A DNA stretch of 64,000 nucleotides from Podarcis bocagei (taxonomy: Eukaryota): NCBI GenBank assembly GCA_964188305.1, contig OZ076892.1; one strand, 5' to 3'. A model generated the notes under the pieces. It ran no database searches, had not been told where the DNA came from, and saw nothing but the letters and a program-made list of their open reading frames with translations. The translations under genes were made by a program, and so were the position numbers. Shown here one piece after another: positions 21,961 to 34,125 of the stretch. How positions within the stretch are numbered: the stretch's first letter is position 1; the number at the start of each line of letters is the position of its first letter.

Positions 21961-24900
21961 CAAATATTATGTGAATGTATCTATCTGGGTGGGTTAATAA
22001 GACTCATATCTGCTGTCCTCCATGCATTCAACTGAAGGTTGGGATAGAGCTTCCATGTGTTATCAGCTGCAAAAACAATATATTATTTCCATGATCTAGG
22101 AATGAGGAAGAAAGACAGTTCAACACAAAGGTGAACTGAAATGCAGCTCTCTTTCAGAATTTGCAATTCTCCAAATCTTATGATGCCATTCTCCAGCCAA
22201 AGAAAGGCATACACAAAGGTACACATTAAGGGACAGTGCACATAGAAATGAATGTACTAGTGAAAATACCTAGCACCCCCATAGAATGGTCTTTGAATTT
22301 TGCTCATTGATTTGATCTTTAGAGGGACATATTCACCCTACCCCATGAAAAACGAAAGCAGCTTAGCTAGAAGTCAGACAAAATAGCTGAAGACAAAGGA
22401 AGCTTTCTTAATAGTAGACCCCTAGTGAGGCTAAGCAGCAAACCACATCCTGGCCTACAATGTACTTTGCTGCTCTATTTTCGTTCTGATATTTTATTTT
22501 ATTTCTATTTTCTCAGCTAACAAAGATTTTATGAGAACAGAAACTGTATTTTCATGACCAAGACCAAGACAATATTAACAATGTATCAAGAGAGGAAAAG
22601 ATATATGATTATAAAGTGAAGGTTAGATTGGATTAGAGAGATGCTTCTTTCATTGGAGATGTGTTGCGAAGCAACCATGGCAGTCTAGAGTGTGAAAACC
22701 AAGGTGATAGAATGATTTAACAGGAAGAACGACGCAATGAAAAGAAGTAAAACAATATGATAAAGATGGAAGATGATAAAGTCTAAAGGCAATGAGAGAA
22801 AAAGCCAGAGAAGTAATAACGGGAAACACAGTGGGGAAAAGTGATGGGCCAGTGAGGAATTATTGTAATATGGTTTATGATTATGCTTTATAGGAGAAAG
22901 CATTAGGATAATATGATGGAGCGGTAAGGGTAGTAAAAATATTACCCCAGACCCTAAACTGGAGGATCGTATATTATCTGGACAAAATACAAGGCTGCAT
23001 AAAATGACTAGATGAAAAATACATTTCAAGTTGAGGTGTTGGTTTGAAGATTGAGCTCGTATGAGGCTAGGTAGATAATGGCATATATTCAAATATTCCT
23101 CATTACAAGCTTTAATAAACTGTAACTCAACAAAAGCACAATTAAAAAGATGGTTACCCGTGCAAAAGTAGAATAATTTTCAATGCAGCTTGCTCATAGG
23201 TAACTTTGCACATATTTTAATCCACAGGTAGGGAACACTTAGATTCCCACAGTCCAGCTTTGAGTGATGGGTGGGACAACCCACCTGTCCATTGCATCCA
23301 TAGGTGATATGGTCCATTGTCCATAGGTGATATGGAAAGTGATAGTTTTGGGGCCCATGAATGCCCAAAGGTCTGCAGTTGCTAAAGAACTAAAGAGCCC
23401 ACGTGGTTTGAAGAATGTACATAATGCAGCAACCTTATTGAAAAAGCTAGGCAGGTGTTGGTTTGGTCTACTTTCGGAGGGGAGAATGCCTTGAAATCCT
23501 ATGTATAGCCCTGAGAAAGGTACAGTACAAATGAAGTCAATGAGTGAACAATTTCTTTGACAATATTTTCACTTGCTGCTGAGATTTAGTTTATATTTCA
23601 CTTCCCTTTTTTATTTTTAGTTTTTTTTTCATGTAAAGGCATGAAACAATAAAATGTTATTGACTTGGGATGGGAGAATCCTATGAAAGTTGAGGATCAG
23701 AGGCATCTTTGCTTTGCTTTCTTAAAAACAACAACACCTCCTCTGGTGTTTCTTCCCTTTTTATGGATAGATATTTGAGGCTGGTCATGTTGCTCTATCT
23801 TTTGCTCGCTGAGGCAAAATTAGAAGCTTTGAGCTTCCTGCTGGTAGAAGCTGCTCTCCATTTCTCACTGTTCAAATTCAATCTGATTTCTATCTTTTTC
23901 ACTAAAAAGCTGTCAACAGAAAATAAGCAATTCCCATCAAAGAGTTATATTAGTTTCTGAGGTATATAAATTCAGCTGCTGATGGGAAAAGAAATAATTT
24001 AAATGGTTTTCTGCTTTAATTTGTTTTCTAGGAAACGTGACAATGACAATACTCCCGCAACACACACACACACCCTCCATTTTCTGTGCCCCAAACAATG
24101 ACAACTCAATAAGTCTCAATTCATAGTAAGATTCCTTAAAGGGATAGAGGAAGGGATGCTAACAGGTGGTCCCATCTGACTCTGACATCAGACACATATT
24201 TGGTGACCTGACCTATTTTAAATCAGGTGTAATAATTAAAAAGAAGAAGTTTGCTCCTGCTTTGTTTATAAAGAATGGAAGCAATGTGTCAGTCTTTGTG
24301 AATTTTATATAAATTTTATTGTTCTCAAAGTGTGTAATTTAACATGTGTAATTCATGGTCTTAAGCTGCTTACACACTATAAATTTAAAACACCCACCAG
24401 GGAAAAAAATATTCCCAGGAGCTGTACTTTATCCCTACAGTTTCCATGATTCTTTTGTGATTTTTCTTCTTTTTATGGGCTTCAAATATGTGGTGAATAT
24501 GTAGCCATAATTCCAGGTAAGTGGGGTTTAGATCGCAGTCTAATGCTTGGATATTTGGAAAAATGAAGGATCGTATGTGATCTGTCTCTCATTCTTAGTG
24601 CATTTTGCAAAGCCCAAGTCTCATTCCACATGCTCAAGTTGATTGGACTGGCAGTTCCACAGTGGTGATGAGGCTGCTAGAAGTGGTTTGCTGGGCGGGA
24701 CAGAGGCATTGTGCTACTTTTACAGCTGGAGGGACATTGTTGCTTACCAAGAGGGAGAGGCAGCAGAGAGGTCAGCGTGGTGCAAATGCACCAGCAGGAA
24801 CATGTGATATTTGTATACCAGTGTTTCATTTTAAAATATGTAAATTGTTTACAACAACCATTCAATAAAATGGCATAAAAGGTAAAACAGGAGTCAGCTA

Positions 24901-25178
24901 TTAAAGGTTACAAAAGAATAAACATTTCTTTCTTTCTTTTTTAACCTAAGACCTAGAGATGTATGAAGCTCCTTCTCACTTCTGCTGTGCTCCAGAAGTA
25001 ATTTAGGGAACCTGGATTTTATTATCATTCACACTTTTTACTTATATTGTGGGTGGGTGGGGGGATAAGATAGGATGAATTCCAGACTGAGTCAGGAGAA
25101 GTTTAGACCCCTATCTGTGCACCTATCCAGAATCCTCCTTGGCACACTTCCCCCTCCCCCCAGTCCAGCAATGGAACA

Positions 25179-25628
25179 TGTTATGGCTATCGGGTGGTTG
25201 CTCGAGAGCGATCAGGCAAGATGCCTCACTGGTCTTTTCAAAAGCTTTATTATTGGTGCTAAAACCTTTACAATGCAGAACGCCTCTGTTCCATGTCTTG
25301 CTCGCTCACTAGCAGAATCTGAGAGTGGGCGGTCCTTAAACTTTCCCCAGCAGTTTCTTGACCCCCCAGCCTACGCCTCCCATCTCTGCGCGAAAACCTA
25401 CTGCGCAAGGAAGGCTTGGGTAAAGGGGGACCTCCCTCCTCCCTTCTTTGCTCAGGCAAGATGTCCTGGCACTGCCTTACATCCTCCGAGCCCTGCACCT
25501 CTTCCCCACTAGAGGCATGGCTTCTTTCCTCCGCTGAGGAAGTGCTGCTTCCCACGATTTTTGGAGGCTCTCTGTAATCCATCTGCCTTTTCCCCTCTCG
25601 CCTCTGATCCGATGGCAGTTCCCTGACA
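25179..25628 (-). mobile_element. Solo LTR (450 bp) related to the 11136-16739 element
   Basis: TG..CA termini. TSD GAACA (25174-25178, 25629-25633). Shares the terminus CAGTTCCCTGACA and the internal block gcagaatctg..gtgggcg..cttaaac with the full-length LTR. Confidence 0.92.
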
Positions 25629-26104
25629 GAACACCTGAGAGGGAGCTTGCTTGCGCAGCGTAGTTGACTTCCTTTTGCCATATAGTAGAAGCCATTAGAA
25701 ATTTATTGATGCTGCGATGAGCATAAGGGGTTCAAATGATTCCTTGCATGTGTTAGCCAACTATGTATTCATCAACAGTAAAAAAAGAAAAAAGAAATAA
25801 GGAAGAGGAGCACTGCACATCTATGAACAGAAGAAGACAGAGATGATCACAACTTTGGCACTAAGCAAGACTTTACCTGCTAGCTGACTTGAATATTAAA
25901 CCAAATACTTGTAAAGGTGTTGGATTATTAGAGTAGGAATATGCATGTTTGAAGTCAAATAAAACAACATATATGGTTGAAAAAGTGTGAATAAAGCATC
26001 TGCAAAGGTATTCTGTGCTTGTCTTTTTCAGGTTGTTTGGTGTGTAATACACCAGGGTCTTAAAATACCCCCTTTTTAGTGCAATAAAGATTACTGGGGT
26101 GGTT

Positions 26105-26545
26105 TTCTTTGGGGGTGGGTTAATTGGGTTTTATAAACAAGAATAATGTTATACAAATAAGTATACCAAGTTTTCTCATGTCATATGTATATCACAAAAA
26201 TAGCATAATAAATGTGAAAAATATCTACAACATATGTTTCATTATTAGTGATCAAGGTATGAGTTCTTGGTTTATGACTTGGTTTAAACAATTAGGAAGA
26301 AGCAGAAAAAGAGGGGGGAAGAAGGGGAGTGGCGTGGGGTGGGGTCAGGTGGTTATGCTTCTATTATTCTACTTAATGTGTGTGAAGGGTTATGTCAGCG
26401 TTACTTGTATGGGTTCTGTTGATGAATACCTAGTTTCATAATGCATGCATTGAAAGAAGGTGTTGATGGAGCCACCTGGGTGACCCATTGCTCTGCATCT
26501 CCACTGTACTCCCAAAATATCCATATATTCAGTCTCTGTTATAAG
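26105..26545 (-). mobile_element. Possible L1/Tx1-type LINE 3' end
   Basis: Minus strand shows a decayed coding end and a C-rich then AT-rich 3' UTR. Recognised by pattern only. Confidence 0.4.
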
Positions 26546-27819
26546 GAGTCCTATTTGTATTGTGCCTAATCATTAATCTTACAATGCCTCTTTGTGGGTT
26601 TCAGAAAAAACAGAGGAGTTTGGCCAGCCTTCTTTGTGTTGCACAACACAGGATTTCAATCTGTTTTGTACTTTACATCAGTATTGGAATTACAAGCAGG
26701 CAAGGTGGCTCTCTGACAGAGCAATTCATAAGCAAGGATGCACTAGTAGGGTTGTGTTTTGCTTCTGTTTTTTAGGGGGGAAATGGGGTGGAGGAGAGTC
26801 AAGAAACACAAGAGTAAAAATGTGCAAAAAAAAAAAAAAGTGTGCTCCAGAGAGAATATAAAGTTGAAATAGCTAATCTAAGGAGGCTTGTATAAAATTC
26901 AAACACTTGTATATGTCCCAATCACCACTCATTTCACCACTGCCAATAATGGGCAGTAAATTATATTTCTTTACCTGGTGGTTGTCCATTGCCAAAAGAT
27001 GATTAAATAAGTACAACTCACACAATTAAGCAAATGAGATTCTTTAATCAGCAGCAATTCATAATTCACTATCATTTTCTTTATAAAAATTGAAGAAAGA
27101 AATACAAGTGATTGTCATTGACATTCTACATGTAAAATCTAATCTAGTCATTTTACATTAAAAGGTAAGGCTACAATCTTAGGCATGCTTGATCACAAGA
27201 AAGTCCTGCTGAAGTGAAAGGGATACACTCCTAAGTAAATGTGAGGCCCATGCTTCAAGTGACACTTTCCTGAGAAGCCTCCTTAAAGGACAGAAATATC
27301 TTTGCCATTAACAGTCTGCTGCTAACTCTGGCTTTGCTGTCAGATGTTACATCTGATTTGTACATCTCCACCCTTATCTTTTTACTTTCCAGTAAATGAG
27401 TGGTTGGCTTCCTTAGTCTTGGATGCTTAAACTGACTGAGGTTTTCCCCCTCGTGTTCATTCCTCACATTTATTAATGACTTTTCATTTGCAGGGAGAGC
27501 TGAATCGAAGACCCGGCTTCAAATAGATTAGAGCTCATAATGATGGGGTGGCATTAGTATGGAAGGGCCTCTCAGATCTTGCCGGTTGGCCCTCAGGCAC
27601 AGGCACACCCATGGGAAAGGTTTTTTGAGACTTGGATATGTCTCTTCAGCATCTTCAGTCATACAAGGTGCACAATGACCGTGCCATTATCAGCACTGCA
27701 GTACTTGGCAATGAAATGTGATGAATGTGTAGAGAGCCATCTGTTTGCATTGTCTTGTGTGCACTTGAAGCTGCCCCAGACTACTGTTTTTAAAGATCCC
27801 AAAGTGCTGTAATGATATA

Positions 27820-28045
27820 CAGTGGTACCTTGGGTTACAAACACCTCGGGTTACAGACTCCGCTAACCAGGAAGCAGTACCTTGGGTTGAGAACTTTACC
27901 TCAGGATGAAAACAGAAATCACGTAGTGGCAGCATGGCGGCAGCAGGAGGCCCCATTGGCTAAAGTGGTACCTCAGGTTAAGAACGGTTTCAGGTTAAGA
28001 ACAGACCTCCAGAACAAATTACGTACGTAACCAGAGGTACTACTA
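27820..28045 (+). mobile_element. Tc1/mariner MITE, family A
   Basis: TA-CAGTGGTACC start, decayed right TIR. Body matches 5960-6201. Confidence 0.85.
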
Positions 28046-28057
28046 TAAATCTCTGTA

Positions 28058-28316
28058 CAGTCATACCTCAGGTTGAAGTAGCTTCGGGTTGAGCATTTTC
28101 AGGTTACGCTCCGCGGCGACCCGGAAGTAACGGAATGTGTTACTTCTGGGTTTGCTGCTCGTGCATGTGCAGATGCTCAAAATGACATCACGCACATGCG
28201 CGGAAGCGGCGAATCGCAACCTGCGCACACACAGACACACAGACGCAGGTTGCATTCGCTTCAGGATGTGAACGGGGCTCCAGAACGGATCCTGTTCACA
28301 TCCAGAGGTACCACTG
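28058..28316. mobile_element. Tc1/mariner MITE, family B
   Basis: TA-CAGTCATACC...GGTACCACTG-TA. Internal palindromes (ACCCGGAAGTAAC/GTTACTTCTGGGT; GCAACCTGCG/CGCAGGTTGC). Confidence 0.85.
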
Positions 28317-30619
28317 TATTGTGAGCCTAGAAACACTAAGCATTTGCTCATAATGTTCATTAACCTCAGGAATAGCCTTTGTTTATTCAAACTTGTCTCT
28401 GGGAAATCCTTGTCTATTGTTTGCCTTTTTGGGGGAGGGCAAAAAATGTGTGTGGTGGGGGATACCCTTAAAATTTCCTTTTAATGTGTACACAAATGCT
28501 CTGAAGCAGGTGTAGTCAATGTGGTGTGTTCTCCATGTTGTTGGACTACAACTCCCATCATCCCAGACCACTGACCATGCTGGCTGAGGCTGTATTGAGT
28601 AGTAGTTCAGCAACATCTGGCCTTGAGTTGTCATGTATGTATATGCCTATATGCACAGTTCTTTCTTCCCATATCTTGAAATGCTGCTTAGTGGTACTTG
28701 AATCTGGATCACGCTGCCTATCTCTGGTCCATTGATCTGGCAGCCAGCTCCCTCTGAGGACCTGAAAACCCAACCTCTTGAGGTCTGATGCCCAATGGGC
28801 CCTAAAAGCCATTAATGCTACATCAGGGTTAAAGAGACATTGTGTCTCTAGGCAGGACAAAAGACCCAGCACAGTTTCCAAAAATAAAGTGAAAACAAGA
28901 CCTTCAGTGGGTCTGACAAGCACATCCAAGTCTTTCTTTTTAAGTGTATTTTTCAGCAGCATATGTGTGCTAGAAATGAGATATTTTGGGGTTACCAAAG
29001 TAGGACTTTTCCCAGCAGACCAGCAAAAAAAGTAATTTAACTCAGGTGTTTCATTTTGCACCTGTAATGCACAGAGAATATTTACTGTGTAGTGTTTAAT
29101 GGGCCTGAAAATCACACTTCCCCCTAAGGTTTGTGTTGAAGAAGTGTCGGGGCAGGGCAGCAGACTGTATAATCTCAATCCTGTAGGAGAAGAGGCTGTA
29201 TCAGTAGCTACTAAGGGGGTTTCCTTGCTTTTTCTCTCTGTGATGCTTTTTATTCATCCAAACATATTACTTTTCTTCTTGCCAACTGTTTAGCACATTG
29301 AAAAGGAACACTGCAGAGCTTCACTCCCAGAAGGGATTAGAATGACCACAAATCTCATCGCTTTCAGAATGAAATGTAAAGCTAGCTTGCTTTGACCTTG
29401 CTTTCCCGGAACAACAATCATCTTTGCCGACCAGGGGATTCACAGAAGAAACAAACATCTGGTAGGTATAACTGCCACAATTTCTAAGGCATGTGGGGAT
29501 CTTGATTAGCTCCTTAGCATTGCACAGAAAAAGAAAAGAAAGAAACCATCCGTTTTAGTCTATAGATGGGCAGCTGCGGAGACTGGGAAGGCCTCATCCT
29601 TTTGCAAAGAGAATATGAGATGGTCCTGGAGTTAAGCCTGCTGTTATCACTCAGGAACACCAGATTCTACTATTGCAGGGGAAAGCTGTAAATACATAAG
29701 GAAGTCAATGCCATGGTCTGAACAAAAAAGGACAGCACTCCCATTTATCTTTTGTATGAGACCATTTATTGTAACAGAGATTTAGAGTTAGATAGTGATC
29801 TTGGTCCAAATCCTTCCTAACTGCAAAGCCAGAGTTAAACTGGCCTGTTCAGAATTAGTGTTGAGTGAAGCTGGCTTCAGACATCATATAACTAAGTTGG
29901 AATAGGAATCTCATGAGCTCTGCTTCCTGTTCTCCAGGACTTCTTTGCATGGACTGGACATAAAGCCACACAATAGACACTGGGTGCTTGATAGCCCTAT
30001 GACTGAAAGAACAGCCATGGACCCTGAAAGAAAACTAGCTGTGATCCTAAACACAAGGGAGCAAGCCGTGTCGAAAACAATTTCACTTATTTCTGTTGAT
30101 TCACAGGATTGCACTGCGTATCAGTTAAAACAACAGATAAGCTCCTTGTGGTGGTATCCTAAAGCAATCTTTCTTAAACTGATGCACTCCATATGTTTGG
30201 GATAGCAGTTCCCATCATCTTATTGGCCATGATGTTGGGAACTGCTATTGTTGTTAGTTATCCCCCCCCCTCCAAAATTTATCAATGTGACTTAGAAATA
30301 TTAAAAACAGACATAAAAGCTGTAAGAGAAATCAACCCTATATAACCAACATGCTTGACTCTAATTATGCATGCATGACTCTATAAGACCATAGAGTAAG
30401 CTGCCCTGCCAGGCTTAGCTAGCTCGCACCCTGTCACCTTGGGAGGAAGGATTACACAACATCTTCAGTCCAGCTGAAGGCATATGAGAGTAACAAGGCA
30501 AAGAATATGCTAAATGGAGTTGGGGCGAGAACACAGGCTTCTTTTACACTGCTCTTTATAGGGAAGGAGTCTGAGGATAAGTTGTCAAATTGGACATGTT
30601 ATCATAGAAGGACACAACC

Positions 30620-31570
30620 TCCATGCCAAGACAAAGTGTAGTGGGTTGACAGTGCACTCTGAGGAAGCTCTATAGAGACTCATCAGCTGCTTTGCCCAAA
30701 CCCATCAGCCTGACGAAGACTGGTGTCCTGGGTCAGGACGTCACCAGCTTTCCACATATCATAATTGGGGACCACACACTGGAGGTAGCAAATAATTTTG
30801 TCTACCTGGGTTCCACCAGCAAACTCTCCATCAATGCTAAGCTGAACAAGTATATTGGCAAGGCAGCTATGGCAATGGCTTGCCTCTCCAAAAGGGTATA
30901 GGAGAATGTGATTCTAATGACCAATACCAAAATGAAGGTCTACCATGCTGCTTTATGGAAATGAGTCATGGGCAACTTACAACCATCAGGAGCGATGCCT
31001 CAATGCCTTCCACATGTACTGTGTCAGGAAGGTTTGGGTATCACATGGAAGGACAGAGTTTCAAATAAAGATGGGCTATCCCAAACCCACATTTCCCAGC
31101 ATGTTCTGTTTCATCAAGGTATATGCTGATTTGGCCATGTCCACAGAATGTAAGTTGGCAGGATCCCCAATAATGTGCTCTATGGAGAGCTGGCTTCAGT
31201 CACCTGGCCTGTTGGCAGGCCAACTCTGTGTTACAAAGATGTCTGCAAATGTGACATGAAGGCTTTCAATATCAACCCTGCCATGTGGGAATCCCTTGCA
31301 GAGGACCACAGTGCCTGGAGAAAGACAGTCAGGTTGTATGTCCATAGCAGTGACCAGAGGAGGAATGACCACTGGGAAGAGTTCAGAAAGAAGAAATGCC
31401 ATGGTGCATCTGCATCAGCACAAGCAGACATCTTCATCTGCCCCAGCTGCAACAAAACATGTCTCTCCCACATTGGTCTGTACAGCCACAGCAGGTGGCT
31501 GTACAGTTTGACGTCACCCCCCAAAGCGCAATCCTCCATTGTCTCCCAAGACAGATGGATGCTAATGGCA
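30620..31570 (+). mobile_element. RTE-clade LINE, 3' portion (RT C-terminus plus terminal C2H2), decayed
   Basis: Peptides 'LEVANNFVYLGST..IGKAAMAM..LSKRV', 'LLYGNESWATY..LNAFHM', 'LYGEL..GRPTLCYKDVCK..WESLAEDHSAWR', 'FICPSCNKTCLSHIGLYSHSR'. Confidence 0.88.
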
Positions 31571-32499
31571 ATGACCATCCACACTGGGATGGAAGTTACT
31601 CAAACAAAGTATTTAGGCCTAAGCGCTCCTTTTCAGTCAGACTCATCTTTGAATGGGTGACTAAAACATGACACTCACCTTCAATAATATCTCTCCTACC
31701 CCTCCAGAGCTACAAGTGGTAGAGTTTGAGCAGGCCACGATCACCCTTCTAACAGCTTGAGCAACCTTCATATTTCTTAGGCCTTAAGATATGTGAGGGA
31801 GCTTTAAAAACTTAAGTGAACAAAAGTAGGGCAGGGAATTGTTCATTGCTCAGTATATCAATTTCCCAACAAGCCATTTCAGCCATCATGCCTCCGATGA
31901 TTCCCAGCTCCTTCATTCCTCGTGATGTGCTGTTAAGTTTTATCCCAAACGATAATGGATGCAAATATTTGTGCCATCATTTAACACTTGGCTGGTTCCA
32001 TTGAGCTCTTCATCTAACAGTGCACAAGCAGCATTTGCCTTCATTTCTCTTTCTGTCGACTCTTTCATCTATCTGAAAAATTTATTATGCTTCAGAGAAC
32101 TGTTTTACTTATGCAAATAAAACAACTCTGGGGTTTGTGGCAAATTAAACAGTAATTGTAGCCGGCTAGATTTTTGTGATTAGGTTAGGAACAGTGCTGT
32201 TGATCACAAACAAATGGAAAACATAATCTAGTGTTCTGCATGCTAGAAGCCAAATGACGAAGCAGTGCCTTATTAAATCAGCATATAATATTGCACCAAC
32301 ATATTATACACACCATTTAAAACAGCTAATAGCATCTTTCCTTTCTCTCTGGAACTCTTCAATAAAAAATTTCAAGGAGTATTATAGCTGTGATCTATAA
32401 AGCAAATACTTTTAAACACTTGCCTGCTCAAATTGATAATTGTTTACTATTTGTTGAATGCCGTTTTATGGAAGCACAAGAAGAATACAAAGGCTGCAA

Positions 32500-32630
32500 T
32501 CTGATAGAGCGTTAGACCTTCAATTTCAGGGTCGTGGGTTTGAGCACTACATTGGCAATAATATTCCTGCATTGCAGGAGGTTGGACTAGATGATCCTAT
32601 TGGTCCCTTCCAACTCTACGATTCTGTGAT
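32500..32630 (+). mobile_element. Degenerate tRNA-Lys/CR1 SINE
   Basis: CAGGGTCGTGGGTTTGAGC..TTCCTGCATTGCAGG..TTGGACTAGATGA..GGTCCCTTCCAACTCT matches the other copies. Confidence 0.7.
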
Positions 32631-33414
32631 GCACGCGTACATTGGAAGAAGCCCTGTTCAACTCTGTGGTCTTGTAGCATGTGGTCCATGCCATCATTTC
32701 CCCATAGCCATTACATACCAAGCTTGGACAGGAAAAGATATCATAATTAAAAGCTAAAGGTTCCAGTGAATTGGTTCTCGTTTTTTCAGTCTTATGTTCT
32801 GATCCCCATATCTCCACATCAGTTTGCTGCTGCTTTTATTATTATTGTTATTCCTCATGGAAATTCATCAGTATTTTAGTGCAGTTTCTAATATACACAT
32901 TTTTCCCCCTTATCTCTTTCTGTAATATTTGCACGGGTCTGTCAACACACTGCCGTGGTACTCTGAGCCACTAGACAGCATAAGAAGAACATAGACCAAG
33001 CAGATATTTGGAATCTGGCCCTTGCAGAAATTCAGCACATGGCCTGAAGGAAGACCTCAGGAGGGGGAACATGGGATGGGGATGAGGAGCAGATCTTTCT
33101 CTCTTTACACCATGGGAAGTTTTTTTCTGTGTGAGAGAAAGGGGAACAGGCTGAGAAAGAGGAAAAGGAAATTTATTGTTGCCTTTTTGTGGGTATGGGA
33201 GAGAAGGAGGTTTGGGGAGGTAAAAAACAAAGAACACACAGGGAAGTATTGAGGAAGAAAACTGAGGCATGGAGAAGGGAGATCTGTGGTCAGAGGGTGA
33301 AACTCTGGGGGAGGAAAACTGAGACAGGAAGAAGATGTGGTTCAGACGGTAAACTGAGGCAGGGAGTGAGGAGTCATTGTTGCCTTGTAGGGAAACTTTG
33401 GGGAAGTAAAACTA

Positions 33415-34125
33415 TAAAGCGTGTTCTCATGGAGAGCACGTGTTGCGGTGGGGGATGACGAGACACCTCACTGTTGCTAGGCAAAAGGTTTGGCCATTCT
33501 TTTAAGCAGGGGCAGGCTGTTACTGGGGAAATTTATATGTTGCCATTTATTGATTGACAGCCCTATTTGTTAAATACATTGCGCGCAGCGACGAACTTCC
33601 TCTTTTCGCTGCGTGCTTCGGATCACCCGCCCTCCCTTCCCTAATGTTAGGCTGTTTGCTTGACCTTGCTATGCCTGTCATGGGGTCATCTGCTTTTGGG
33701 GCAGGGGCCCGGTAGGAATTTTGTCCATTTGGCTGATTGCCTGGTGCCATTTGGTTTTTGCCTACTGCATAGCAAATCGTCACAACTTGTAAGGTTGCAG
33801 TTAGGCATTGGTTTGGGAATTGGTTGGTGGAGGGGTATGGATTTGGCTGTGTCTGCCCCTCCAAAATGCTGCTGCTGCTTCAAGGGTTTTCTGTTAAAGG
33901 AACCCAGGGGCTCACCATGCTTTTGTCCGAAACCCCCTGGCAAGGGGCTAGGGCCATGCAAGAGCCCCTGGGAGCATTCTGGGGAGAGGTGAGGCATGGT
34001 TCCCAGTCCTGTCTCTCTCCTCGGGTGACTTACCCTTGCTGACTTCGTGGGGGGTGCGAATGTCAGAGCTGTCCCCGTGCGGGGTCAGTTAGTGCTACCA
34101 ATGCCTGAGCAACCACTCACATTGC
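33415..34125 (+). mobile_element. Unclassified ~700-bp interspersed repeat (possibly a DIRS/Ngaro-type terminal repeat), copy 1
   Basis: Colinear inverted homology with 42113-43745 once the SINE and hAT inserts there are removed. The family assignment is a guess. Confidence 0.7.

Noticed and set aside
27494-27526. Terminal coding exon 'GELNRRPGFK*' after TTTTCATTTGCAG
   Set aside because: Only an acceptor-like motif; no upstream exons, recognisable peptide or clear poly(A) support.
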